This document shows, piece by piece, positions 1-13,326 of a stretch of DNA of 64,000 nt. How positions within the stretch are numbered: position 1 is the stretch's first letter; every line of letters begins with the position of its first letter. The position numbers and the translations under genes were made by a program. The DNA is taken from the NCBI RefSeq assembly GCF_902652985.1, contig NC_047027.1, positions 19,840,001 to 19,904,000 of the forward strand. The letters run 5' to 3'. The notes below the pieces were generated by a model. The model saw nothing but the letters and a program-made list of their open reading frames with translations. It had not been told where the DNA came from and searched no databases. This stretch comes from Pecten maximus (lineage: Eukaryota).

Positions 1-1870
1 CTGATTCAACATGTAATTGACTTGGCTGTTCATTAACTACTTTAACAGTTCTGATTCACCCTTCACTGTGCTGTTACTATTTTAACAGATTTTTAATTGA
101 ATGCTCTTATTACTTATTATTCAATAGTATTGGTTCAACATGTAATTAACTACACTGTTTATAACTATTCTAATTGCTCTGGCTCAACCTTATATTGACA
201 TGAAAGTTCACTAACAGTTCTGGCTCAGCATTTAATTAACATGGAAGTTCACTAACAGTTCTGGCTCAGTCTTTAATTGACATGAAAGTTCACTAACAGT
301 TCTGGCTCAGCCTTGATTGACATGAAAGTTCACTAACAGTTCTGGCTCAGTCTTTGATTGACATGAAAGTTCACTAACAGTTCTTGCTCAGTCTTTGATT
401 GACATGAAAGTTCACTAACAGTTCTTGCTCAGTCTTTAATTGACATGAAAATTCACTAACAGTTCTGGCTCAGTCTTTAATTGACATGAAAGTTCACTAA
501 CAGTTCTTGCTCAGTCTTTAATTGACATGAAAATTCACTAACAGTTCTGACTCAGTCTTTAATTGACATGAAAGTTCACTAACAGTTCTTGCTCAGTCTT
601 TAATTGACATGAAAATTCACTAACAGTTCTGGCTCAGTCTTTAATTGACATGAAAGTTCACTAACAGTTCTGGCTCAGTCTTTAATTGACATGAAAGTTC
701 ACTAACAGTTCTGGCTCAGTCTTTAATTGACATGAAAGTTCACTAACAGTTCTGACTCAGTATTTTATTGACATGAAAGTTCACGAACAGTTCTGACTCA
801 GTCTTTAATTGACATGAAAGTTCACTAACAGTTCTGACTCGGTATTGTATTGACATGAAAGTTCACTAACAGTTCTGCCTCAGTATTTAATTAACATGAA
901 AGTTCACTAACAGTTCTGGCTCAGCCTTTAATTGACATGAAAGTTCACTAACAGTTCTAGCTCAGCCTTTAACCAACATAGCTGTTAATTAAATATTTCA
1001 ATAGTTCTTGCTTATCCTTTAAATGTGTCTGTTCATGATATATTTTAACAGTTCTTGTTTAACATTTAGACGTGGTTGTTCATTATCTATTTTAACAGTT
1101 CTGACCAAATCTCAATTGACTTTGCTGTTTACTAACTATTTTAACAGCCCTGGATCAACCTTCAATTGCCTTGACTGTTCACTAACTATTTTAACAGTCC
1201 TGAAATCAACCTTTAATTGGCTTGGCTGTTCACTAACTATTTTAACAGTTCTGGATCAACCTTCAATTGCCTTGACTGTTCACTAACTATTTTAACAGTC
1301 CTGAAATCAACCTTTAATTGGCTTGGCTGTTCACTAACTATTTTAACAGTCCTGGATCAACCTTCAATTGCCTTGGCTGTTCACTAACTATTTTAACAGT
1401 TCTGATTCAACCTTTAATTGACTTGACTGTTCACTAACTATTTTAACAGTTCTGATTCAACCTTTAATTGACTTGACTGTTCACTAACTATTTTAACAGT
1501 CCTGGATCAACCTTCAATTGCCTTGGCTGTTCACTAACTATTTTAACAGTTCTGATTTAACCTTTAATTGACTTGACTGTTCACTAACTATTTTAACAGT
1601 CCTGGATCAACCTTCAATTGCCTTGGCTGTTCACTAACTATTTTAACAGTCCTGGATCAACCTTCAATTGCCTTGGCTGTTCACTAACTATTTTAACAGT
1701 TCTGGCTGAACCTTTAACAAACGTGTTCGATCATTAAATATTTTAACAGTTAATTGACTTGGCTTTTCACTAACTATTTTAACAGTTCTTGTTCAACCGT
1801 TAATTGACTTGGCTATTCAATAACTATTTTAACAGTCCTGGATCAACCTTTAATTGACTTGGCTGTTCGT
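1..1870. repeat. Compound minisatellite: 50-bp unit (1-175 degenerate; ~1085-1870) with a nested 41-bp derivative array (~195-975, ~19 copies)
   Basis: 50-mer GTTCACTAACTATTTTAACAGTTCTGATTCAACCTTTAATTGACTTGACT recurs with CACTAAC at 1332/1382/1432/1482. The 41-mer ATGAAAGTTCACTAACAGTTCTGGCTCAGTCTTTAATTGAC recurs at 241/282/322/363. ORF 1023-1286 is a by-product. Confidence 0.95.
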
Positions 1871-4169
1871 CTGCTTTGGGAACTTTGCTATTAGGGGGTA
1901 TTGCAGACCATGCACTTATTGTATAGGTTTCTAGGCTGACAGGAGAATGTGCTATAATAGTCCAGGCTCAATAGTTGGTCAGTGGCCAATGATAACGATA
2001 AGTGGCCTTCTTACCACAGTAAGTGAAATTGATGACAAATATTTGCTATTAACCAATTCACCTTGTGTACCCAAAGCACAATGACCAAATATTTCAGTCG
2101 AATAGTTTAAAATACACATTACGTAATCTAAAATAAAAAAACAATTACAAGTAAGACTCTAGAGGAACATTTTAATTTTTGCAGAAAATATTTGGCTATT
2201 TTGAAAAAGAGCGAATCGATACATTTCAGCCGCTCCAAGAATGGGAGAAAACACGTATATATCATTGGGGGATTTACTACGAAAGGGAAAAGAATATCGA
2301 GGAACAATTTAACATGTAGGTCAGAATTTACCAATGATATTTTTCATTTTTTGACGACTTAATTGTATATGCCACCAAAAAGATTGGTAACAGAGTTAGT
2401 ATTTAATTAACATTCCCTAATTATATGTTTTTAATTATCTTATAGCATGTTTGATTTAACAATTAAGCAATCCAAAATTTACATATTGCTTGTAGGATAT
2501 GATATCCTACAACTCTCATTGAATCAGACCCTTTTGTAAAAGAATTTTAAATGTTAAAGTAAGAAAGCATGCCACCTTAAGCTGACAGGGCCACGTGAAC
2601 AAATGCCCCAGTGCCTAGCTAACATTTTTAGCGGACGTTCGCAGACCTTTCAATGAGGAATAAACAGAAATCAATAGTCAGGGATGACAGTATGAACTCA
2701 CTGTCTTCTAATCCGTCTGTACCGATACCCAGGTTTTGGGGAAAACAGCTCCGTATATAATCTGGCTGAAGATATTGCATGCGTTTGACTGTAGCTGTAG
2801 GGCCCAAGGTAAATCATACGCTTACTGTTCCGATCAGTCTAACATTTAGACAGCTTAGTTATTCTGACAGATTTATATAGAAACTGTCTCATACATAATG
2901 TGGATATATTTCATACAAAAGACGAAAATGATTTATATAAAACATGAAAACATGTGTTAGAACCTGTATATATCTCGCACTGGAAACGTACATATGTTAT
3001 TATTTTTATCATATCATCACACAACCACAACCACAAAAAAGAATAATGGCAATAATAACGAAACCATAATCCGAACTTAAGATCGATTAAACTCGGATAA
3101 ATTTAAACAAAAAATAGAAATTTGTATGGAGACTCAATTAGCTAAATCTATAAATTGTATAGGAATTATTCTTTAAGGTTAATTTCATCTTCTGCAACAA
3201 CAATTTTTTCAATATCATTGTAGCCATACAGGGCTTTATATTTGGTGGGTGAGCTTGCAAGGGAACAGATAAGTTCTCATAGGTATACAATTTTCTATAC
3301 GGAACAATAAAGGAACAATTATGATTTGCTGAATTTTATATTCCAGCCGTCTCGATTTACAATACCGTGATATTGTTCACAACCAAAAATGAACATGAAG
3401 TCGAATCATTGTTGATTGCTATAATGCTATAATATGACCAGAGGTGTTCCGGATGCACCTGGCCCCATGTATGTTTCGCCATGATTCCTTAACCTAAAAA
3501 ACACACAAACAGTTGACTCTTATTAATATCTGGTAATGTCTCTAATGTCTGGTAATCATAAAGATCTATAAGTGTACAAAGAACACCGACAAAACTAAGT
3601 GCCAGTAAAAAATCTTCTCGAATTTTCATTAAAAGAGAATCAATTTCTCAATTTAAGCAATACGTACCGAATGGACGAATAAAGTTGTAATTGAAATAAG
3701 CATTTTTCTTACGTCTACGGGACTATTATTTTGTGTTTTGAGATCCTTAATACTCACATTTATACCTTTATCGTAACTTTACATCAGTCATAAAATATTC
3801 ATACAGTTTACAGCGCCTAAGGTGGTACACAGAAACAACCAAAAAAAAAACAATTTAAATTTTCATTCTTGTTGTTGAGGATTGCTGATATTTTATTTTA
3901 TATTTACGATTTGTCTTTCGTCTGCGTGATGGCGTTGCAGCATATGCCCCCTTTCTTACTTGAACAAACTTATTTTATTGCCACAATAGGTATATTAACA
4001 AAGCAATTGTGCTTCTTCTGTCTGCACTTCCCTCTTGAAGGTGGGGAATTATTCATATATACACAGTCTATCGCATATTAACTGCCGACCAACTGACCGG
4101 CGGCGCCTGTCATCTAGAATCTATAGCTTGTGTATGGTATGTATATTACTAATATACTCAAATTGATAC

Positions 4170-4720
4170 TAATTATTACTAAATAATCTTCGTAAAAGTA
4201 TTATAAATGATCTTCATAACTCGACAAATCTCCAAAAGTGATCTTCATACTTCTATATAAATCATATTCATACCTCTATATATTTTGTGATTTGCATATC
4301 TCTATATAAATGACATCCATCTCTATATAAATTATCTTCATACCTCTAAATAAATGATTTTCATACATCCATATGAAATTATCTCCATACCTCTATATAA
4401 ATTACCTTCATGCCTCTATAAATTGTTCTTCATACTTCCATATGAATGGTATTCATACTTCTATATAGACGATATTCGTACCTCTATATAAATGATCTCC
4501 ATAACGCTATATGAATGGTATTCATACCTCTATATAAACAATACGCGTACCTCTATATAAATCATATTTATACCTCTATATTAACGATATTCATACCTCT
4601 ATAAAAATCCATACCTCTATTTAAATCCATACCTCTATAAAAATCCATACCTGTATATAAATTCATGCCTCTATAAAAGTCCATACCAAATTTATGCCTC
4701 TATATAACTTATCTTATAAC
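4170..4720. repeat. Degenerate ~23-bp minisatellite, contracting to ~18 bp at the 3' end
   Basis: Unit CATACCTCTATATAAATTATCTT repeated; shorter CATACCTCTATAAAAATC units near 4590-4690. Confidence 0.85.
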
Positions 4721-6440
4721 CGCTGTCTTCGTTTTGTTTTTTTTCGGAGTTTTGTTACCGACAGTATTATATCTAATCCGTAAGCTAGCTGTTTTTTCAA
4801 TATTAATATCATATCTGTACAATAAGTTACAAGTCACTTATCTTTTTTATTGTCACAATTCATAATAATCTAATATTTTCTTTGTCTGCCAGGCCGTGAT
4901 TTCCTGAAAGTCTAGCCATTTCACTGGTGCCTGGTCAAAGCTGAAGTAATGTTTGTAGTAAATTAACCTTGTCATCGCTCAATGTCTGCTGGCAAACTTT
5001 ACGCGTAACACTTATCAAATGTCGTATGACATAACGTAACCTCTGAATGACTGGTTCGATAAGCATGACATCTTTAATAGAACAGGTGATGATATCAATT
5101 TATAAATAGTCTAGTCATGACACTGACGCAAATATTTTTAGAAAATACAATTATTCTTACATACAGATTACGATGATAAAAATGACGCAAAAATATGTCA
5201 ATAACACACTTTGATTTAGTGGAAAGAGATGTTCACACGATATCGAACCAGACATGCCAGAGTTCACGAAAGAGTATTGTCAGCTTAATATACACCAGAT
5301 AAATCGAGCACAATATCATGCATATTTTCACAGTCAATCTAACAATTCTCTTATCTGTAGCTACAATATGTATATTCATTATGATATATACACGATATCT
5401 TTTCACACTTAAAGGCATTCTGTACAATCTTTTGTTATAAGGATGATAAGATATAGTCATAAAAGAAAATTATTTTGTTATAACTTTCAATGATTATAAA
5501 ATATCAGCGATTGAAACGCAAAGGAAAATATTGTTATTTACGTATACTATAAAGTATTGTTACTAACCGTACATCATAATGTATTGTTATACGTATATTG
5601 ATACTAATATATATCATACTGTATTGTTCGGAGTATATCACGTATGTAAAGTGTATAGTTATACGAACATTGGTATTAATGAATATTAGTATATTGTTAT
5701 TGAGGTATTTCTATAATATATATCGGTCTATATATTAGCTTACCTAGGTGGTATAACATTCATTGTAGGTAGATGTTATACGTCACAATAAATATATAAT
5801 ATATTATTGATTGATCGATTATGTATATTTAATATGATCGATTAGGTTTTAATTAAAATACCTTACTCGTAGGTATGACTAAAAAGTCGGTCTGGACGTT
5901 TTGATTTGAAGGGATGTATATCTCCTATACAAACAAATAAGCAAACAATTGGTCTTGGCATTTGAATAAACTAGGTTATATATTGGATAAAAACAAACAA
6001 ACGGCTTTGACTTTTGAATATGATGAGCACGTAATATAAAATGAAATAAACGTTCTTGGCCTTTTTATCAATCTTATCTTATACATATAAGTAAAGGCAA
6101 AAATTGACTTTAAAAACACACACAGAAAGTTGACTTATCTTTTGAATATAATGGGATATATCCTATGCAAACAAACAAAATTGGACATTTGAATACTATG
6201 GAATATAGCTTATGCACTTACACCAGGTAGCAAAATGGATATATAACACAGTTGTGACAAAGAATAAAATAGGTATTCATTTATCTTATGTCATGTACCA
6301 TGTTTAACAAAATTGATAGACATACTTCCTGTCATGCTTTGTATTTTATGTCGTATATGGGTTCGGTTTCTATTGCCTTTTTTATGTAATAACAAACATG
6401 TAGTAATCCTAACCTCTATTCTGGACGGTCATAATTTTGG

Positions 6441-6650
6441 CCCCAGCATCTCTGACGAGTCCTTGAAGGACAAAACAGCTGTACGATATCCCTACCATCA
6501 TTATAGAAAGTTATAGAAAGTCGAAACAGTTATATAATGCCCTTAACAACAATGACGAGTCTTAAAAGGTCGAAACAGTTATATAATGTATATAATGTCC
6601 CCAGCATCACTGACGAGTCCTAGAAGAAGGACGAAATAGTTGTATGGTAA
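6441..6650 (+). ncRNA. Tandem array of four ~50-nt minimal type-I hammerhead ribozyme motifs, partly degenerate
   Basis: Unit 4: ATCA-CTGACGA(6610-6616)-GTCCT/AGAAGA/AGGAC-GAAA(6633-6636)-TAGTTG-TA-TGGT, i.e. catalytic core, stem II, short stem III, GUA cleavage triplet and a 4-bp stem I. Unit 1: CTGACGA(6452)-GTCCTT/G/AAGGAC-AAAA-CAGCTG-TA, with palindromic ACAGCTGT. Units 2 and 3 are more decayed. Confidence 0.8.
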
Positions 6651-9569
6651 TAGCTATATATTCATTATTCCGTATGATATATATCGGTTACTAAATGTAT
6701 ATTTAAAACTGCAGTTAATTGTGATGTCCTTTGTCCTTTGAAGATCAAAATTTCCATTTTCACGATTAATGTAATCAACCAACAATAACCAACAATATGT
6801 TGAAGCAATAACTAACATGTATTGTGCAGACTTACATAATGCAATCCACACCTATATATGAACTTAACCTCACTTGGTGGTCTTGTCCTATTTAGAGGAG
6901 ATTGCCTGAAATTTTATCTTTTTTCCCCCAAACCTATAACACACTAAAAGTATTCTATATGTTTGTTAATGGTATTATGCTGATAAATGTTTCTTCAGTG
7001 TCTTTACAGAAGCCCTGGTGTTATTCAAAGTCATTCAATATCAGCCAATGTAAACCTACTATACAGGATGCCAGCTATGTCGAGGGTACCTCGTCACACA
7101 CGGGTGACATGACTAATATATGCTGATATGAATTGACCAATCAAATCATTCGGTTCACTGCTAGGGAATCCCCCTTTTACAGAGATATGTATTATTTATT
7201 TTAACATGTGAGTAAGAATATTATCATTGCGAACGGCAATATTATCAATTATATATGCTTTATAGTAACCCTTATTTAACAATATAAAATAATACTTAAT
7301 ATCTACGCATGAAACAAAACGTTTTAAAAAAAACACATTTGCATGAACATTACATTTCATTTATTTCATTCAAATATTCTTCAGTTCAATTTTGATTGAT
7401 GTTTTGTTTTACAAGTTTGCATATTTTAAAAATGTAATTGAATATATTTTAACTTTGAAACTAATCATTAATTAATTAAATATTATAATATACATAATCT
7501 ATTAATATATCATTTCTCTGTATACCATATAGAAACTATTTGAATTTATTGCACGATTATTTAATAGTTTTATATACAAGCAATGTAGCAATTTATTGAA
7601 ATATTGTGATATCTTAAAAAATATGTAATATCTTAATTTAGGATAAGATTAAATAAAATTTATTTGTTTTTCCAGAAAAGAATCAACTAGTAATATCTTA
7701 GACATGTTAGAGCATTCAAATCAACAAGGACTTGATTCATTGGTTGAATGGTTAAGTTAGCAATACAATTGTAATTCACTTTATGTAGTTTCTCTTTCGC
7801 AATTAAATTTTATTGTCTTAAATTAAAAAGAACATAAAATAATATAATCCATACGATTATATAGTATTTATAATGTTGTAATATAAAATGATATGATCCA
7901 TACAATTATGTAATGTTTATAATGTTTTATTATAAAATAATTTGAAAAGTACTTCAATAGTAAGAGACTACCTGATATATAACTAATTCCATTTTTTAAA
8001 GGTAATCTGAATTTATTCTACATCTCATGCTGAATATCCATTTGAAGCCTTCAATAAAGAGTGTGGAAATGCAGAGATGTGAATATGTTGATGTGCAGGG
8101 CATTTACATAATTTAACTTATCTCATTAAAAGACTGTTAAATTAACATTTATTTTTTAAACATAAAACCTCGATGTGTCGTGAATCCTCCATTTTGTTTA
8201 TATATGAGTGCAAATTACCTCCCCTTAACAGTAAAATTGCTAGACAGCAGCACAAGTATGAGTACATTGGATATGATTATATCTAGATACTATTTCTTAT
8301 CTTGTATTTTCAATAAAATTCATATCTTCAATTGATACAAAGAAAAAAATATATTAAATTCGAATTATATATCTAAGACACTAATAATGAATGAGGATGT
8401 ATTTTTTTAAATTTTAGATTGTATTATTATCATCACGTGATCTCATTATGGTGCACTTTAAAATGAAAAAAAATATGAATGTTTATTTACATCGACAAAA
8501 ATGTTAAATAGCACTGCCTTTGATATCTATGAGATAAAGTAATTAACTACAAGGTCGCCAGACATCAATGACCATCTGTTCAATTAGAAAACAAATTCCG
8601 CACTTTCATTTATTATACCCTCAAACTACATTGTTTTAAAGAACAAAAGATGTTTGTAAATGTGAAGCATTGTCTATATCTCGCTTACACGCAAGATGTA
8701 ACCGCAAGGCAAGTTTCTTCACGTAAACCGGTGCAAGTCTTGATGGGTACTATTTTGTTTAGACGGCCATTCGTCAGATATTGAACAGATAATTAATACA
8801 TTTTCTGATCTTTTATTATCAACATGGAACCGCAATTTAATTATAAAACAATAAGCCAAGATGCCATTCAGATTAACGTAAAAACAAAGAAACAACCTAA
8901 AATTATTTGAGTTCTATAAGATTAACTTGCATGCTGACTGTTTGTTTAGCGTATTTATCGATTTATAGAATAATGAAATATGATTAAGATCAAGTTTTAC
9001 TGTACCAGTATATTTACCAAATGGTTATATTGCGAGGTCAAAACTTCAAGAAGCTGGCTTTAAAAGCAAATTTCACGTAATCTATTTATGCGTTAATAAT
9101 TGAATATATTGTTTTACAAATGTGAATGCATACAAAGTCATCCAATAAAATAAAAGCATTTTGATTAAACATAAGCAATATTTACAGCTTTGATATAAGT
9201 AAATATCGAGGATGTTTTTGATGGTTTTATAAATATATATTTATCAATATATACCCTATATATCTAACTGATAATAACACATGTGATACAACTTATGAGT
9301 GTTGACAGAATCATCGAAAGTTATAATATAAATACATAACAAAACAAATAAGATATATAAATAAATAACAAAATAAATAAGATATATAAATAAAGAACAA
9401 TATAAATAAGATGTTTAACTATATGAAATGAAATAAGTAAATAAATGAAATAAATAAATAAATAATCAACGTAATCAAAACACCTTATACATATTTGTTA
9501 AACAAATTGACTTTAATATGGCACAATGCCTCATGACTATTGTATTAGTATAGTTCTTGGCGATCCCAT

Positions 9570-10025
9570 GTTGAAAATAGAAGTATTTGAGATTATTTCC
9601 CTGGGGGATTTTGTTTACTAAAGTAACTTCTATATAAAGTATTTGAGATCCCCAGGGATATTTCATAGGGATATTTTGTGTACTAAAGCAACTTCTAGTT
9701 AACGTATTTGAGATCCCCAGGGATATTTCAAAGGGATATTTTGTGTACTAAAGTAACTTCTATATAAAGTATTTGAGATTCCCACTAAAAAATGTCTACT
9801 GAAGCAAATTCTTTATAAAGTATTTGAGGTCCCCAGGTGATTTTGTCTACTAAAGCAACTTCTATATAAAGAATTTGAAATTCCCCAGGATATTTTGTCT
9901 ACTAAAGCAATTTTTATATTAACTATTTGAGATATCCAGGGAGATTTTGTCTACTAAAGCAACCTCTATAAAAGGTATTTGCGATTCACCGAGAAATTTT
10001 GTCTACTAAGGCAACTTCTATATAA
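9570..10025. repeat. ~52-bp minisatellite (~8 copies, some with an insertion)
   Basis: TTTTGTCTACTAAAGCAACTTCTATATAAAGTATTTGAGATCCCCAGG-type unit at 9841/9893/9945. Confidence 0.9.
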
Positions 10026-11104
10026 AGTAAGCAAGATTTCAATGTTATTAAGGCAAACAGATGCATTAAGTATTATATATATTGTATATGCTCACTGATA
10101 AGAAGATCAAACACTAGATTAACTAGGATGCTGTAAACGTCCATGTTTTAGGGGTAATCTTATTTTAACGGCTTTCACGCTGGAAGCCTTGCGGTGGATT
10201 ATGACTGCGCTAAGATATTAGTGGATTAGATCATTACTTGGCTAATTCGTGAAGATAAAGCAATACATTAAAATGACCAAAATAAGAACATTTATATATA
10301 GTTCATATCTACGTTGGTGTTACTCAATTCCTATCAATGATATCACAAAGATACGATTTATATTATTTCATAGGATATTATTTAGCATCACCCATCACAT
10401 ATGTCACCTATCTGTTTTTTAATTGGTTCTGTATTAGTCGTTAAAAATTACGACTACATAGGCTGATATCAATAGTTAATATATAATAATACTGATAAGC
10501 ATGCTATAAACAGTTTCCAGTAATGTTACAAATATTTTGTTGGTGCAAATTATCAGACAACCTCGATCGAAAATAAATGTCAAGATTTTAAAGGATAATT
10601 AAATTTAAATATAGTATTCAGACCTATTAGTAATTCTTTATAACGCGAAATCAGCACTTACATGGTATGTTATGTTTAAACTGTTTTAAATAAATATATT
10701 AAAGAAAAACAATTTAAAGACTGATTAATTAATTTTGTCAGGACTTATAAAGATCTATATATATATGCCTAATACATATGTGATATATTTGTTATAAGGC
10801 GTCTTAATGCATCTTCAAAGATGAGTTGTACTTTGAAATATTGTATCAATCATAAGGTAGGATATTCATAACGACCAATTAAAATTCCATTGTTGGAAAC
10901 TCAACCCAAATAGCTGTGTTAGAGAACATAAGGATGACACATAGTTTGTTTGGTTGGTAATTGTTTAAGCAAAGCGTCACGAATTCTAGAACCAATTTCA
11001 AATAAAATGTCAGATAGATGTGTAATATGCCTTTTAGCACTGATGAATGTTTCTGACCATGTTGATGCTCGTTATATATAACCCCATGAACAATTCTTCA
11101 TTCT

Positions 11105-11845
11105 GTTTTCATTATTGGTAGACATAGATTGACTACGGTATTGTCATTATTGGTGGACATAGATTGACTACGATATTTTCATTATTGGTGGACATAGATT
11201 GACTACGGTATTGTCATTATTGGTAGACATAGATTGACTACGGTATTGTCATTATTGGTGGACATAGATTGACTACGGTATTGTCATTATTGGTGGACAT
11301 AGATTGACTACGGTATTGTCATTATTGGTGGACATAGATTGACTACGATATTTTCATTATTGGTGGACATAGATTGACTACGGTATTGTCATTATTGGTA
11401 GACATAGATTGACTACGGTATTGTCATTATTGGTGGACATAGATTGACTACGGTATTGTCATTATTGGTAGACATAGATTGACTACGGTATTGTCATTAT
11501 TGGTGGACATAGATTGACTACGGTATTGTCATTATTGGTAGACATAGATTGACTACGGTATTGTCATTATTGGTGGACATAGATTGGGTGTGGTATTTTC
11601 ATTATTTGTGGACATAGATTGACTGTGGTATATACACTACCATATCTTTATCTTGTTTTCATTATTTGTGGACATAGATTGACTACGATATTTTCATTAT
11701 TTGTTGACATAGATTGACTGTGGTATATACACTACCATATCTTGTTTTCATTATTGGTGGACATAGATTGACTGTGGTATATATACTACCATATCTTTAT
11801 CTTGTTTTCATTATTGGTTGACATAGATTGACTGTGGTATATATC
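11105..11845. repeat. 35-bp minisatellite with longer variant units at the 3' end
   Basis: TCATTATTGGTGGACATAGATTGACTACGGTATTG repeated nearly perfectly ~14 times, then units carrying an extra ATACACTACCATATC segment. Confidence 0.95.
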
Positions 11846-13278
11846 ATTGTGAACGAATACTAGACTAATGTTCATGTGAGGGACAATGTATATAGACACT
11901 ATTGAATCATCCACGTTATATCATATATCACAATACATTCTAAGAACATCTTTATCAGCTTTATACCTGTAAGACTTGTGTGCAGTGATTGTCTAGTTGA
12001 CCTTAAGCATACTGTGTATGTCTTATCTACTTCAAACCTGTGCTAGAATTTTCCTACATCCAACCTAATTCCCATTATCAATTGAACAAAGCAATTCATA
12101 TTCGTTCATACAAGACAATGATTATCATACTTAAATTATCAATTGTATTGAAGTTTTTGATATATAATATTGTTTATTGTATCTCTGCTATGTATAGCTT
12201 TTTATAAAAGCAGAAAGAATTTAAGTCAGATATTGAACAAATACAATGTTAAAATATATTATAGTTATTCTGTCGATATTTCCCCGACAAAATTCGCATC
12301 TGATTTTATAGGGAGCATGTGTTAGTGGCAAAATGTAACATTATTTACGAAAATTTGATTCTAGGAATGCATTTGTTTTAGTTAATGTCACTGTGTATGC
12401 TATTTTATACAGAATAACCTTTCTTGCTAACATTTCATAATGTTTTTATGAGAAAAATACCACTTAAAAATCTTACTTTCCAGCATATCATAATAGTCTG
12501 AGCAAAACAGTGATTTTTGTTTAAAACCTTATCTTGTTGACAAATTAAAAACAGAACAAACTCTAACAATAAGATAACGTTAGTAAATTATAAATAAACA
12601 TACTTTAAAGATAGAAAGAAAAATATACAACGAAACAGTGTAAAAACCTCAATGACAGTAAGACAGGATATATATATATAATATAGATATACTCTAAGAC
12701 AATGGAGTAGTAGTACATGTATATAGTGCTCGGCCTACAAACCTGAATGAAAATCTATTGTCTATAATACATCAACCTATCTCATGCATGCCCATAGAGC
12801 AACATTTGTTACCCCAGTTTCATATTAATTTCTGTACGAGACCGTACAAGGTACATAACACTAGCGACGAGTCGTAGCGTCGGCTGAACAGTCTTATACT
12901 GGGATTGTGTATTCAAATCCCCCAACTGTCTAGACGGCTGTTCTATATATAGCTCTAAACTGGCTGGCCCTTGGCCCCGAAGTTACACACTGATTAACTC
13001 TACGCCACGTACTCAAATCCCTAGGTTAAAAATGAGTTTGCCTTACAGATATGTTCATTTCATATCTTAATTTACAATAAATGTTAAAAATTGAATATAG
13101 CGAAAACTCTTTATGTATCTGTAAGGCATGGTTATGTGATAATAAGGGTAGATGTATTGCATTATTGTGTACTGGTGTGTGTGTGCTGTAATTGGTTAAT
13201 GACAACGTGTGTTGTCTACCATCTCCCAAGCAGCACGTTACCATCTAGGTTGATATGAATGGCATCTCGGCAGGCTGA

Positions 13279-13326
13279 CATACACACACAGACACACACA
13301 GACACACACACACACATACATACATA
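13279..13326. repeat. (CA)n/(CATA)n microsatellite
   Basis: CATACACACACAGACACACACAGACACACACACACACATACATACATA. Confidence 0.9.

Noticed and set aside
2632-2760. Possible terminal exon RTFADLSMRNKQKSIVRDDSMNSLSSNPSVPIPRFWGKQLRI* with an amidation-like WGK
   Set aside because: No signal-peptide exon found, only a monobasic site, and no match to a neuropeptide family I recognise.
7010-7126. KPWCY after an acceptor (kringle/trefoil-like motif)
   Set aside because: The cysteine spacing does not continue and no partner exons were found.
7676-7760. Acceptor followed by KESTSNILDMLEHSNQQGLDSLVEWLS*
   Set aside because: Short, with no canonical strong donor and no recognisable homology.
11105-11845. 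Regular direct repeats as a CRISPR array (also 195-975 and 61735-62125)
   Set aside because: Units are contiguous with no unique spacers, there are no cas genes, and the context is eukaryotic.
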